A stretch of DNA of 59,811 bases, the filler included. It is 4 parts of 4 records of this genome, joined end to end, with 100 filler letters (N's around TTAATTAATTAA, not from the genome) between each part and the next. Parts side by side here need not be neighbours in the genome. Positions count along the whole stretch, not along the records: positions 13,447 to 32,420 come from SRR20825006_3004; positions 32,521 to 45,936 come from SRR20825006_3006; 2 more parts are not named here. One strand, given 5' to 3'. The translations under genes and the position numbers were made by a program. Below, piece after piece: positions 28,020 through 38,236 of this stretch; the first letter of the stretch is position 1; every line of letters begins with the position of its first letter. Below the pieces are notes generated by a model. That model saw nothing but the letters and a program-made list of their open reading frames with translations. It did no database searches and was not told the DNA's origin.

Positions 28020-29284
28020 TCAAGAAAGTCCGGGTGGGTGTCCAGGTAGCTGTCCGCGAGCCGCGTCCAGGGGAGAGCATATCCGTATTGAGTCTGTCTG
28101 GCGGAGATTGATGTCGGGTCGGTTGGCTCACCACCGGCTTCAAGCACGGCATGATAATCCATGCCGATTTCCAGAAAGCGTTTTCGGGCCGTCAGGTCCC
28201 CTGCGTGATCATTGGAAAGAGCTTCCTGCATTTCCATGACTGCGGCCAGGATTTCATCGCCGGTATTGTCTTCTATGAAGTATCCGACCTCTCCAAGGGC
28301 TTCCGCTGTTGCCCGCCGGGCAGCTACATGAGCGCCGAGAAGCTCCCGATAGCTGGCGACCCGGCGGCCCTCAATCTTGCGATAGGTCTTGAAGAGCAGC
28401 TTGTCGCGGTCGTTCATCCACATACCGCATTGGAGAACACCATTAACCTGAAGCTGCGGCACGCCCAGGACGCGGAAGACGGCCTCAGGGCCGGACGAGC
28501 AGGTTATACCGAATTCAGCGCGGGCGATGAGCCCGGGATCAAGCAGGGTCGAGTATCCAGACTCTTTCCAGACTTCGCGATAATGAGGATGGTCCAGTCC
28601 GAGCGGGATTGAATCATCGACTCCGATGCGCAAAACCCGATAGCCGTTTTCGATCAGGTGCTCGACGGCCGGCTTGTAGGTCGCTATGTCTGCCGCTCGA
28701 AAGGCATGTACTTTCAACTCGGGCAGAAAATTAAGGTCGCGGACGTTCAGCACGACTATCCGGTCGGAAGAGGAAATATCGAGTGTTTCGAGGAAATTGC
28801 TCGTTGCGTTTGTTACTTCTTGGCTGACGGGGAAGTGACGGGGGCGTCGGCCCGGACTCATCAGGACCTTGATGTAATCGTCGATCAGCCCCGTTGTACC
28901 GCGTTGATTCCAAGTAAACTTATCTGCCCGCGTTATGCTTGCTCCTATTTGCCCCATAAGCAAAACGTCACCGTCACTGGTCTCTGCCAATTCGATGATA
29001 TTTTCAAGGATGGACCTGAGTCCCAGGCTTTGCTGGGCAATTGAGCGGTCGGGCGTAAGAAGGACCAGTCTGGCATGATCGGCTCCAAAGAGCTCCCAGA
29101 AGGCATGCGGCTCCATGGCGAAATGCCCCATCCGCCACGCGAGCGGCAAGATATGCAGGGCGGTTCGGCCTTCTTGTGCCAGATAGGGGGCAAGACTTTG
29201 GATCAAGCGGCTTACACGCTCGGGAGCAAAGGCGTTTCTGAGTTCTTCTTCGGTAAGACGGCGGGGGCCGGAGGAGTCTATCAT
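28016..29284 (-). CDS. Putative glycosyltransferase, TIGR04372-like (copy 2)
   Basis: RMGHFAME, VLNVRD, FRAADI, GYRVLRIG, ITCSSGP, IEDNT.DEI. Confidence 0.7.
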   Translation of the reverse strand: MIDSSGPRRLTEEELRNAFAPERVSRLIQSLAPYLAQEGRTALHILPLAWRMGHFAMEPHAFWELFGADHARLVLLTPDRSIAQQSLGLRSILENIIELAETSDGDVLLMGQIGASITRADKFTWNQRGTTGLIDDYIKVLMSPGRRPRHFPVSQEVTNATSNFLETLDISSSDRIVVLNVRDLNFLPELKVHAFRAADIATYKPAVEHLIENGYRVLRIGVDDSIPLGLDHPHYREVWKESGYSTLLDPGLIARAEFGITCSSGPEAVFRVLGVPQLQVNGVLQCGMWMNDRDKLLFKTYRKIEGRRVASYRELLGAHVAARRATAEALGEVGYFIEDNTGDEILAAVMEMQEALSNDHAGDLTARKRFLEIGMDYHAVLEAGGEPTDPTSISARQTQYGYALPWTRLADSYLDTHPDFLE

Positions 29285-29483
29285 CAGTCAGCGCTCAGAC
29301 GAGCAGAATGTGTAAATCCAATCCACCTTTGCCCTGTTAAGCCACCGTTGCCCGTTAAGAGAATGTCCATGCGCTGACTTACTTTTTTGAAGCTTATGTT
29401 CACTTGGCTTAATGCAGCGGAGCATCGGGGACAATGCAAAAGGTAAATGCGATAATCCAGATGGAGATTTCATGCGCCCTCAT

Positions 29484-30749
29484 TCATTCAAGAAAATCTG
29501 GATAAGATTTCACGTAACTGTCCGCGAGTTGTGTCCAGGGTAAGGCATAGCCGTATTGGGTTTGACGGCGGGCAACTGATCTTCGATCTGCTGGGTGGCC
29601 GCTACTACCGAGGAAAGCTTGGTACTCTGCGCCGATTTCCAGAAATCTCCGATTTGCCGTTTCGTCGGGGCGATGTGCTCCGGAAAGCGAGGCTTCCATT
29701 TCAATCACAGCCTCAAGGATTTGATTTGCGGTGTTGTTCTCCACCGCAAATCCGCACCCTGCGACATTCTCGATATCGGAATAGAGGGCCACACCTTGCT
29801 CCAGCATCGAACGAAGACGCGCCGGTTTGCCGTCATCGATTGTGTGATAGTTTTTGAACACCAGTTTGTCGTGAGGGTTCATCCACATGCCTGACTGCAG
29901 GACGCCATTAACCTGGAGTTGCGGCACGCCCAGGATTCGGAAAACGGCCTCAGGGCCGGACGAGCAGGTGATGCCGAAGCGGGAGCGCGCGATAAGCCCT
30001 GGATCAAGCATGTCCGTATAATCCGGCTCTTTCCAGATATCGAGATAGCGCGGGTGGGTGAAAGGTGTCTCGACCGAACCCATAAGGCCGGTGCGCAGAA
30101 CCCAGTATCCCTGATCAAGCAAGTAGCGGATTGCAGGTTCGTAGGTCGTTATATCTGCCGTGCGGTAGAAATGCGTCTCCTGCTCAGGCAGAAAATTACG
30201 GTCGCGAACGTTGAGAATGACAATTCGGTCACTCTCGGCGATACCTCGTCTCTCGCAAAATACCCGCGTGGCTGATGATACTGTTTCCGGAACGGGGAAA
30301 TGGTGCGGCTTTCGGCCATTGTTGTTGAGAAATTTAATGTAATCGTCGAGAAGTCCAGCCGGACCACGCTGGTACCAGGTGAGGGGGCTGACATTGAGAG
30401 CCCCTGCATCGAAGTGCCCCATAAGCAGAGCATGTCTATTCGTCGTTTCGGCGATTGTAATAAACGGCTCAATCACCGCTCGCACTCCCCCACTATGCGT
30501 GGCCATGGATGCCGACGGAATGACAATGATTTGGCGGTCGTGGCTTTCCTTGAAAAGCTCCCAGAGAGCATGAGGCTCCATCGCGAGATGTCCGATGCGC
30601 CATGCTAGCGGCATAATGTGAGCTACTGATGCTCCATTCCGCGACAGGTAGCTTGAGATTTCTTGAACAAATGCGGCAACTCGTTCTGGGGCGAAAATTT
30701 GCAGGAGTTCAGTATTGTGGGGGAACGACTTGTTCTGTTCTTCCGTCAC
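29484..30749 (-). CDS. Putative glycosyltransferase, TIGR04372-like (copy 1)
   Basis: RIGHLAME, ILNVRD, YRTADI, GYWVLRTG, ITCSSGP; clear paralogue of 28016-29284. Confidence 0.7.
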   Translation of the reverse strand: MTEEQNKSFPHNTELLQIFAPERVAAFVQEISSYLSRNGASVAHIMPLAWRIGHLAMEPHALWELFKESHDRQIIVIPSASMATHSGGVRAVIEPFITIAETTNRHALLMGHFDAGALNVSPLTWYQRGPAGLLDDYIKFLNNNGRKPHHFPVPETVSSATRVFCERRGIAESDRIVILNVRDRNFLPEQETHFYRTADITTYEPAIRYLLDQGYWVLRTGLMGSVETPFTHPRYLDIWKEPDYTDMLDPGLIARSRFGITCSSGPEAVFRILGVPQLQVNGVLQSGMWMNPHDKLVFKNYHTIDDGKPARLRSMLEQGVALYSDIENVAGCGFAVENNTANQILEAVIEMEASLSGAHRPDETANRRFLEIGAEYQAFLGSSGHPADRRSVARRQTQYGYALPWTQLADSYVKSYPDFLE

Positions 30750-30759
30750 CGGGCATCTC

Positions 30760-31821
30760 CTATTTCAGCAAGGGCTCCAGCAGTGTGCGCTGGGCTTCCA
30801 GCCATTCGAAAACCTCATCGAGAAGGTTATCGAGCGTTCTCTTCGGGTGCCAGTTGAAGGCATTAGAGACCTGACGGGCATCGGTGATGAACCAGGGGAT
30901 ATCGGCCGGGTTCGTCTCGGAATTACTGGTAATATTCAAGCTGCGCCCTGATCGGCTGGCGCAGGCGTCCGTCAGTGCTTTCAGAGAGAGTGCGTTGTCC
31001 TTCCCGCCGCCTACGTTCCAGACATCTTTCAGTGCCAGCTCCGGCTTATTGAGCTGGAGGGCGATCAGCTCATACAGATCATCCACGTGCAGTACGTCGC
31101 GGACCTGATGTCCCAAACCGCCGAAGCCGTTGTAGGACAGGGTGCCGCCATAAAGGTGGCGGGCTGCCCAGAGGCTCATGAAACCCTGATCCACCTTGCC
31201 CATTTGCCATGGGCCCGCCAGCACGCCGCAGCGGTTGATGATGGCCTTCAATCCGAAGGCCGCACGATATTCCTCGATGAACTGCTCCGAGCTCAGTTTG
31301 GTCGCGCCGTAGAGGGAACGGTGACCGGCGAGCGGGAAGTCTTCAGCAATGCCATACCCGGACCATCCCGCCCCGGTTGCGCCGGACGGCAGAACCAGAC
31401 GGTTATTCTCCGTTTCGAACGGTAGCGCACGCAACGGGTCAATCGGGTAGACCCGGCTGGTCGAAAGGAACACGAAAGTCGCATCGTGTGTCCGCGCCGC
31501 CTCCAGGCAGTTCAGAGTGCCGCGGAGATTTGTATCGACCAGATAGGCGGGATTTCCGGCATATCCGGCCTGAACGGATGGCTCGGCGGAGCATTCGACC
31601 AGCAGGTCCATCGGGCCGAGAGCTGCAATGTCATTCGGATCGCGGATGTCGGCATGTTCGAACTGGACACCCGCCGCGCGCAGGCGCGGCAGGTTCAACT
31701 CGCTACCGCGGCGTTTCAGATTGTCCGCTGCGATTACCTTCGCGTTTGGGTTGTCGCGTTTGAAGGCGAGGCTGAGGTTGGAGCCAACGAAGCCGGCGCC
31801 GCCGGTGACGAGAATGCGCAT
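30760..31821 (-). CDS. NAD-dependent nucleotide-sugar epimerase (CDP-paratose 2-epimerase-like)
   Basis: TGGAGFVGS, YGATK, GPWQMGKVDQG, QVRDVLHVDDL. Confidence 0.85.
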   Translation of the reverse strand: MRILVTGGAGFVGSNLSLAFKRDNPNAKVIAADNLKRRGSELNLPRLRAAGVQFEHADIRDPNDIAALGPMDLLVECSAEPSVQAGYAGNPAYLVDTNLRGTLNCLEAARTHDATFVFLSTSRVYPIDPLRALPFETENNRLVLPSGATGAGWSGYGIAEDFPLAGHRSLYGATKLSSEQFIEEYRAAFGLKAIINRCGVLAGPWQMGKVDQGFMSLWAARHLYGGTLSYNGFGGLGHQVRDVLHVDDLYELIALQLNKPELALKDVWNVGGGKDNALSLKALTDACASRSGRSLNITSNSETNPADIPWFITDARQVSNAFNWHPKRTLDNLLDEVFEWLEAQRTLLEPLLK

Positions 31822-32025
31822 GTGTCTGACTGACGGTCCAAAGCCTGATCCTGATCCGGCTTAACGTAGCCTTGTGTGCGGAGCAAACGCTAATCGGAAC
31901 AATTCATTCTCAAAATGCAATTGTATCCCACGATACGGAAATCTAAGATGCCGGAAATCGGCAATTCAACGGACCGGTTCAGGAAAAAAGATTGTATACA
32001 AAAACACAGGGAAGATACCGAGTTC

Positions 32026-32420
32026 ATGAACGCAATTTCGAAGCGATCAGATTCCGAGCGATCTGGCCAAATCCAGTCCGTTGCACGCGCCATCAGCGTC
32101 CTGAACGCGCTGGCTGCCGACGAAGACGGCATGACCCTTACACAAATTGCCCATACCGTGACATTACCGCCATCGACCGTGCACCGGCTGCTGACCACGC
32201 TGCAGCAGGAACGCTATGTCCGGTTCGATACCGAGCGCGGGGCCTGGCAGATTGGCGTGCAGTGTTTCGCCGTGGGGAACGCGTTCCTGCGCACGCGCGA
32301 CCTGGTGGCGATTACCCGGCCCTATATGCGGCGCCTGATGGAGGAGAGCGGGGAGACGGTGAACCTGGCTGTCCGCGATCATGACGAAATGGTCTATCTG
32401 GCCCAGGTCGAATGCCGGGA
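32026..32420 (+). CDS. IclR-family regulator (BhcR-like), 3' truncated
   Basis: QSVARA, HTH STVHRLLTTL, SGETVNLA, YLAQVEC. Confidence 0.85.
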
Positions 32421-32520
32421 NNNNNNNNNNNNNNNNNNNNNNNNNNNNNNNNNNNNNNNNNNNNTTAATTAATTAANNNNNNNNNNNNNNNNNNNNNNNN
32501 NNNNNNNNNNNNNNNNNNNN
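32421..32520. other. Artificial contig spacer
   Basis: N44-TTAATTAATTAA-N44. Confidence 0.98.
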
Positions 32521-32876
32521 GTCAGGATGCCATTGCCGATGCACAGCCCTTGCAACCCCATCAGTTGCAAAGCCCGTGAGCTGTCGTTGCAGACCGTGTC
32601 ATAATGGGTGGTCTCGCCGCGGATCACACAGCCCAGCGCGACATAGCCGTCAAAGTTCGACATCTTGTCCGCAATGGAAATCGCGGTCGGCACTTCCAAA
32701 GCGCCGGGCACCTCGACCAGATCCCAGGTGCCGCCGACCTCTTCGGTCACGGCCTTGGCGCCTGCGACCAATTCGTCGGCAATGTCTTTGTAATAAGGCG
32801 CGACCACGATCAAAAGTTTGACCGGCTTGTCGAATGTCGGCAGATCGAGGATGTGGTGCTGTTCATTCGCGGCCAT
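32521..32876 (-). CDS. ribH: 6,7-dimethyl-8-ribityllumazine synthase, 3' truncated
   Basis: VPGALEVP, ALGCVIRGETTHYD. Confidence 0.95.
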
Positions 32877-32879
32877 GTC

Positions 32880-33986
32880 TTAGCCCTCCTGAGAAATCTT
32901 GCGGGTGCCGGTGATGGTCAGGCCAAAGGCCTCAAGCCCCGGCACTTTCGGCTGTGGGTTGTCAGTGACAAGGATCAGGTCATGCAGGCCAAGGGCGGCC
33001 AGAATCTGTGCGCCGATGCCATACTGACGCAGGGTGTGCGGCGAGGCTTCATCTTCGAGAACCTTCATCGTCAGGTCTCGCAGCAAGACCACGACGCCCC
33101 GGCCCTCGGCCGCGATCACATCCATCGCGCCTTCGATTTCGCGCGAGGTTTTGCCAATGCCCAATACGTCTTCAAGCGGGTTGAGCGCGTGCATCCGGGT
33201 CAGAACCGGCGCGGGCGTGGTGATATCACCCTTGGTCAAAACGATATGTTCCGCGCCTTGCAGCACGTCGGAATAGATCGTCATGTCCCATGTACCGCCA
33301 AATTCCGACACCACTTCGCGGTGGGCGGTTTTGGTCACAAGGTTGTCGTGACGGCGGCGATAGGCGATCAGATCGGAGATGGTGCCGATTTTCAGCCCGT
33401 GCTTCTGGGCAAATCCAACGAGATCCGGCAGACGCGACATGGTGCCGTCTTCGTTCATGATCTCACAGATCACCGAGCTGGGCTGAAGCCCTGCCAGACG
33501 CGCCACATCGACACCGGCTTCGGTGTGACCGGCGCGGACCAGAACGCCGCCATCACGCGCACGCAGCGGGAAAATATGGCCCGGCGTGGCAATATCCGTA
33601 GCCGTTTTCGACGGGTCAATCGCCACGGCCACTGTGCGGGCGCGATCATGGGCGGAAATCCCGGTGGACACGCCCTCTTTCGCCTCGATCGAAATGGTAA
33701 ATGCGGTTTCGTGGCGCGAGGAGTTGTGCGACGCCATCATCGGCAGGCCCAGCGCGTCAATCCGTTCCCCGGTCAGCGTCACACAGATCAGACCGCGCCC
33801 GTGGGTGGCCATGAAATTGATCGCCTCAGGCGTGGCCATTTGCGATGGGATCACCAGATCGCCTTCGTTCTCGCGATCTTCGTGATCAATCAGGATGAAC
33901 ATCCGCCCGTTGCGGGCATCCTCGATGATTTCCTCAATCGGGGAAATCGCGGTGTCATAGCTGTCAGTCTCTGTGATGTCGGACAT
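32880..33986 (-). CDS. ribB: DHBP synthase fused to a degenerate GTP cyclohydrolase II-like domain
   Basis: DRENEGD, TGISAHDRA, RAGHTEA, CEIMNEDG; the C-terminal domain has no Zn-binding cysteines. Confidence 0.92.
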   Translation of the reverse strand: MSDITETDSYDTAISPIEEIIEDARNGRMFILIDHEDRENEGDLVIPSQMATPEAINFMATHGRGLICVTLTGERIDALGLPMMASHNSSRHETAFTISIEAKEGVSTGISAHDRARTVAVAIDPSKTATDIATPGHIFPLRARDGGVLVRAGHTEAGVDVARLAGLQPSSVICEIMNEDGTMSRLPDLVGFAQKHGLKIGTISDLIAYRRRHDNLVTKTAHREVVSEFGGTWDMTIYSDVLQGAEHIVLTKGDITTPAPVLTRMHALNPLEDVLGIGKTSREIEGAMDVIAAEGRGVVVLLRDLTMKVLEDEASPHTLRQYGIGAQILAALGLHDLILVTDNPQPKVPGLEAFGLTITGTRKISQEG

Positions 33987-34126
33987 GGTCTCGGGCGGCC
34001 TCTTGATCCTTAGGGTGCCTCTCCGTACAGCGTCATGATCGCAAATGCCAGTCAAACGCGCAGGGCAAAGGCAATGATGCGCGCACAATTGCGCTGCATT
34101 TTCGCAATTCTCCAAGCCCCGTCAGG

Positions 34127-34684
34127 TCAGTCCGTGAAAAACACGGGCGCCGGGATAAGTCCCGCCAATTTCCCGGCTGCAACCCATTCCGCCTCAAACG
34201 GCGCATCATGGATCAGCAAAACAGAATCGCGCGGCAGCTTTGTCCCCTCAAACAAGGCATTCAACGCCGCCCGCTGCGCGCCCCATCCGGTAAGGGGCGC
34301 AGGCGCGCGCCCTGCGCGATCAATTCCCGCCAGTGCGGCAATCGTTTCGGGTTTCAAGGGCCGGTGAACCGCCGCGATCCGCGTGGCTTTGATCTGTGCC
34401 AGCGTGTCGGAATAGCGCGCAGGCAAAGCGTCCCCGACCCGGATCAGCCGCAGCGCGTTCGACGAGAACAGAAACCCCAAAACATCGCGCCCGGTGCTGG
34501 CCCGGATCGAGGCGTAAGACCGATACGGCAAGCCCAGCTCTGCGGCCCGACGCACCCGCATCCGGATCACTTCGATCGGCAATGTCTCTCCCAACAAGCC
34601 CTTGCGCGCTTTGCTCCAAGCCACGGTGCGAAACCTCACGCCGCGATCAAAGGCCGGGCCGTTGTTGTGCCCGATGCCGCTCAT
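34127..34684 (-). CDS. Hypothetical protein within the rib gene run
   Basis: MSGIGHNNGP start, ATGA-coupled to the riboflavin synthase stop. Confidence 0.75.
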   Translation of the reverse strand: MSGIGHNNGPAFDRGVRFRTVAWSKARKGLLGETLPIEVIRMRVRRAAELGLPYRSYASIRASTGRDVLGFLFSSNALRLIRVGDALPARYSDTLAQIKATRIAAVHRPLKPETIAALAGIDRAGRAPAPLTGWGAQRAALNALFEGTKLPRDSVLLIHDAPFEAEWVAAGKLAGLIPAPVFFTD

Positions 34685-35280
34685 GCCTGCCACTCCTGAA
34701 GCCGCGCGACATAGCGCGCCAATGTGTCGATCTCCAAATTCACCCGATCACCGACCTTGGCCGCGCCCCATGTGGTCACCTCCTGGGTGTGCGGGATCAC
34801 ATTGATGCCAAAGCTGCAGCCCGCCACCTCATTGACCGTCAAAGACGTGCCATTGAGCGCCACCGAGCCTTTGGGCGCGATGAATTTGGCCAGAGCTTCG
34901 GGGGCCTCAAAGCTGATCCGCGTGCTCTCGCCCTCGTCCACCATCGCCGTGATCACCGCCACGCCATCAACGTGCCCCGACACAATGTGTCCGCCCAATT
35001 CGTCGCCCAGCTTCAAGGCGCGTTCAAGATTGACCGGCTTGCCCACCGCCCAGGCACCGATGTTGGTCTTTGACACCGATTCCGCGCTGATCTGCACGTC
35101 GAACCAGTTTTGCGGCGACACGCCAAGCGCCACCACCGTCAAACACACCCCATCACAGGCAATGGATGCGCCGATCTCGATCCCATCGACGTCATAGCGA
35201 CAGCCGATCCGCGCCCGCAAATCGCCACGCTGCTCCAATTCAAGCACTGTTCCGACGTCGGTGATGATCCCTGTAAACAT
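34681..35280 (-). CDS. ribE: Riboflavin synthase
   Basis: MFTGII start, SIACDGVCLTV, GGHIVSGHVDG, VNLEID. Confidence 0.96.
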   Translation of the reverse strand: MFTGIITDVGTVLELEQRGDLRARIGCRYDVDGIEIGASIACDGVCLTVVALGVSPQNWFDVQISAESVSKTNIGAWAVGKPVNLERALKLGDELGGHIVSGHVDGVAVITAMVDEGESTRISFEAPEALAKFIAPKGSVALNGTSLTVNEVAGCSFGINVIPHTQEVTTWGAAKVGDRVNLEIDTLARYVARLQEWQA

Positions 35281-35521
35281 GCCGCCTCCACGCGTTGATC
35301 GTTGGGTTGCGTTAGGGGTAACGCCCCGCTTGCCCCCCTGCAAGCACCCGCATGACGGGCGCAGAGGGTTTGTTCATCTTTTTGCGCCAAACTGACCCCT
35401 GCTCTTTCTCACCAGCGATCTGGCCACGCGCTGCGCCCTTCAGGTCACAAATCCGCCTAATTCTTAATCTAATCGTCAAAATAACAAAGACATTGCCCCT
35501 CATATGCCTCAAGAAAGCAAC

Positions 35522-36826
35522 ATGCGGATCACACCAAACAGCAAAACCGGCCCCAAACGGGTGTTCCTGATGCTTCAGGGACCACATGGGCCGTTTTTCT
35601 GGTCGCTTGGACGGATGTTGCGCGCGGCGGGGGCGACAGTGTGGCGGGTGGGCTTTAACGCCGGCGATCGCGCCTTTTGGTTTTCGACCAAAACCTTCCT
35701 GCCCTATTCTGGCCTCGCCGATGATTGGCCCGATCACTTTGCTCAAATCGTTGCCGATAAAAACGTCACCGACATCGTGCTTTATGGCGACACCCGACCC
35801 GTTCATGCCCTGGCGATTGAACGCGCCCGGGCGCTGGGTCTGACCATCCATGTGTTTGAAGAGGGCTATATCCGCCCCTATTGGGTCACCTATGAACGCG
35901 GTGGGTCCAATGGCAACTCTTCGCTGATGACCCTCACTGTTGCGGATATGCGCAAGGCGCTCGACACGATTGACCATGACAACATCGAACCGCCTGCGCA
36001 TTGGGGCGACATGCGCCAACATATCTTTTATGGCGCGCTCTATCATTGGTTCGTGATGTTTCGAAACTCCGCCTTCCGGCATTATCGCGGCCATCGCGAA
36101 TTGCCGGTCACGCGGGAGTTTTTACTCTATTTCAAACGCTTGATCATGATGCCGCAACATTACATGTCACGCGCATGGCACACGCGGCGACTGCTGACGG
36201 GTGGCTTTCCATTTCACATCGCACTGCTGCAACTCGAACATGACACAAGTTTTCAGATCCATTCGCCCTATGCGACCATGCCCGAATTCATTGCTGATGT
36301 AATCGCGGGCTTTGCCTCCGGTGCCCCCCCCCACCACCATCTGGTGTTCAAGGCCCATCCTTTGGAAAACGACCGTCGCAACCTCACCCATGAGGTCCGT
36401 CGCATCGCTGCCGAATTCGGTGTTGCGGACCGTGTTCATTATGTGCGCGGCGGCAAACTTCAGCGGTTGCTGCACACCGCCCGCTCTGCCGTCACGGTCA
36501 ATTCCACGGCGGGGCAACAGGTGCTGTCCCTCGGCCTGCCGCTCAAAGTGTTCGGGCGGGCAGTCTATGACAAGCCGGAATTCGTCTCCCACCAGACTCT
36601 GGAGGCGTTTTTCACCCACCCGGAGCGGCCCGACACCCGCGCCTATCGCGACTACCGACAATTCCTTTTGGAAACCTCGCAAATTCCGGGCGGCTTTTAT
36701 TCCGCCCGTGGTCGCAGACAGCTTTTGCGCCTTGTAGTAGATCTGATGTTGGCGAAAGAGGCCCCGGATGAGGCGCTGTTACATGGCACGGCGCATCCTC
36801 GCCAACCTCTGCGCATCGTCACCTGA
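35522..36826 (+). CDS. kpsS: Capsule biosynthesis protein, KpsS-like beta-Kdo transferase
   Basis: LMLQGP, FEEGYIRP, LQLEHD, FKAHPL, VTVNST. Confidence 0.8.
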   Translation: MRITPNSKTGPKRVFLMLQGPHGPFFWSLGRMLRAAGATVWRVGFNAGDRAFWFSTKTFLPYSGLADDWPDHFAQIVADKNVTDIVLYGDTRPVHALAIERARALGLTIHVFEEGYIRPYWVTYERGGSNGNSSLMTLTVADMRKALDTIDHDNIEPPAHWGDMRQHIFYGALYHWFVMFRNSAFRHYRGHRELPVTREFLLYFKRLIMMPQHYMSRAWHTRRLLTGGFPFHIALLQLEHDTSFQIHSPYATMPEFIADVIAGFASGAPPHHHLVFKAHPLENDRRNLTHEVRRIAAEFGVADRVHYVRGGKLQRLLHTARSAVTVNSTAGQQVLSLGLPLKVFGRAVYDKPEFVSHQTLEAFFTHPERPDTRAYRDYRQFLLETSQIPGGFYSARGRRQLLRLVVDLMLAKEAPDEALLHGTAHPRQPLRIVT

Positions 36827-37098
36827 TACGGGAACATCAACGGAGACAGCGCGCGCGTTCGGCTCAGATCGGATCGCACTTGGGTTTCGCAGTAGCGACC
36901 ACATCAAAAACACCGCCTAGCCCCTCTATATCATGAGACAATTTTTCAATCCGACACATCCCCTGCCACTGCAGAGGCCTCCCTGCAACACACTGCCAAA
37001 GTCGACGAACCACACCACCGCCAAGCTGGATTTTTGACTCGCTATTCGTTAGCCTTCTGATTAAACCCAATAAAAATCGGGGCAGAGGAGATTTATTA

Positions 37099-38232
37099 GT
37101 GACATTTTTGACATCGCGGACCACTCGCGCGGTTGCGCTTGTGGCCGTGCTCGCCAGCCTCACGGCCTGTGGTCTGCCAAGATCCGGTCCGAACAAACGC
37201 GAAGTCTTCGCAGGGTCTATCCTTAATGAGGGCGATGCCTTTGTCGTCACCGTCAACGACCGTGTGAACGCCGCCAGCGCCCTCAACAATGAGCTTGGAT
37301 TTTCCTCCACCTTCTTGAACGCGGGCGAGATCGGGTCCGACACGATCGCCCCCGGCGATGTCTTGTCCTTGCGCATTTGGGAAAACGTCGATGACGGTCT
37401 TTTGGCCGGCGCAGGCGCCAATGCCACCGTGCTCTCCGAGGTCCAGGTGGACGGCGGCGGCTTTATTTTCGTGCCCTATGCGGGTCGGATCAAAGCTGCG
37501 GGCAATAGCCCCGAAGCCATTCGCCGCATCATCACCGAAAAACTCGACACACAGACACCGGACCCGCAGGTTATGGTCACCCGTGCTGCGGGCGATGGCG
37601 CGACCGTCACCATCACCGGCAAGATCAACGGCCAAGGCGTCTATCCGATCGAGCGTCCAACCCGTCGTTTGACCGCCATGCTGGCCCGTGCGGGAGGCGT
37701 GGGCGTTGAACCCGAAGTGGCACAGATCAAAGTCATCCGTGGTTCGCGTGTTGGGACGATTTGGTTCCAGGACCTCTATCAAAACCCAAAATTCGATATT
37801 CCGCTGCGCGATGGCGACCGCATCCTTGTCGAGGCCGACCCACGCTCCTTCACCGCGCTTGGTGCGACAGGTGCGCAACGCGTTGTGCCGTTCGAATCGC
37901 GCAATCTGTCCGCGCTTGAAGCCATTGCGCAGGTCGGCGGTCTGCAAACCAATGCCGCCGATCCAACCGGCGTCTTTGTCTATCGCAACGAGTCTGAAGA
38001 GATTTCCAAACTGGTGTTGGGCCGCGACGACCTCGTCGGTCCGCAGCGCCTGATCTATGTGCTGGATCTGACCCAACCGAACGGGTTGTTCTTGGCCCGC
38101 GATTTCCTGATCCGCGACGAGGACACCGTCTATGTGACCGAAGCTCCATTCGTCCAGTGGCAGAAATCAATTTCGGCAATCACCGGTACGGCTGCCTCGG
38201 CCAACACGCTGAGTTCTGCCGTCGGCCAATAA
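37099..38232 (+). CDS. Polysaccharide export outer-membrane lipoprotein (OPX/Wza family)
   Basis: Lipobox LTAC, LPRSGP, PGDVLSLRIWE, VPYAGRI, DTVYVTEAP. Confidence 0.88.
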   Translation: MTFLTSRTTRAVALVAVLASLTACGLPRSGPNKREVFAGSILNEGDAFVVTVNDRVNAASALNNELGFSSTFLNAGEIGSDTIAPGDVLSLRIWENVDDGLLAGAGANATVLSEVQVDGGGFIFVPYAGRIKAAGNSPEAIRRIITEKLDTQTPDPQVMVTRAAGDGATVTITGKINGQGVYPIERPTRRLTAMLARAGGVGVEPEVAQIKVIRGSRVGTIWFQDLYQNPKFDIPLRDGDRILVEADPRSFTALGATGAQRVVPFESRNLSALEAIAQVGGLQTNAADPTGVFVYRNESEEISKLVLGRDDLVGPQRLIYVLDLTQPNGLFLARDFLIRDEDTVYVTEAPFVQWQKSISAITGTAASANTLSSAVGQ

Positions 38233-38236
38233 CCTT

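Noticed and set aside
33987-35520. FMN riboswitch ahead of the rib genes (likewise TPP before tenA and cobalamin before cobD)
   Set aside because: No recognisable conserved riboswitch motifs by eye; a cmscan would be needed to exclude them fully
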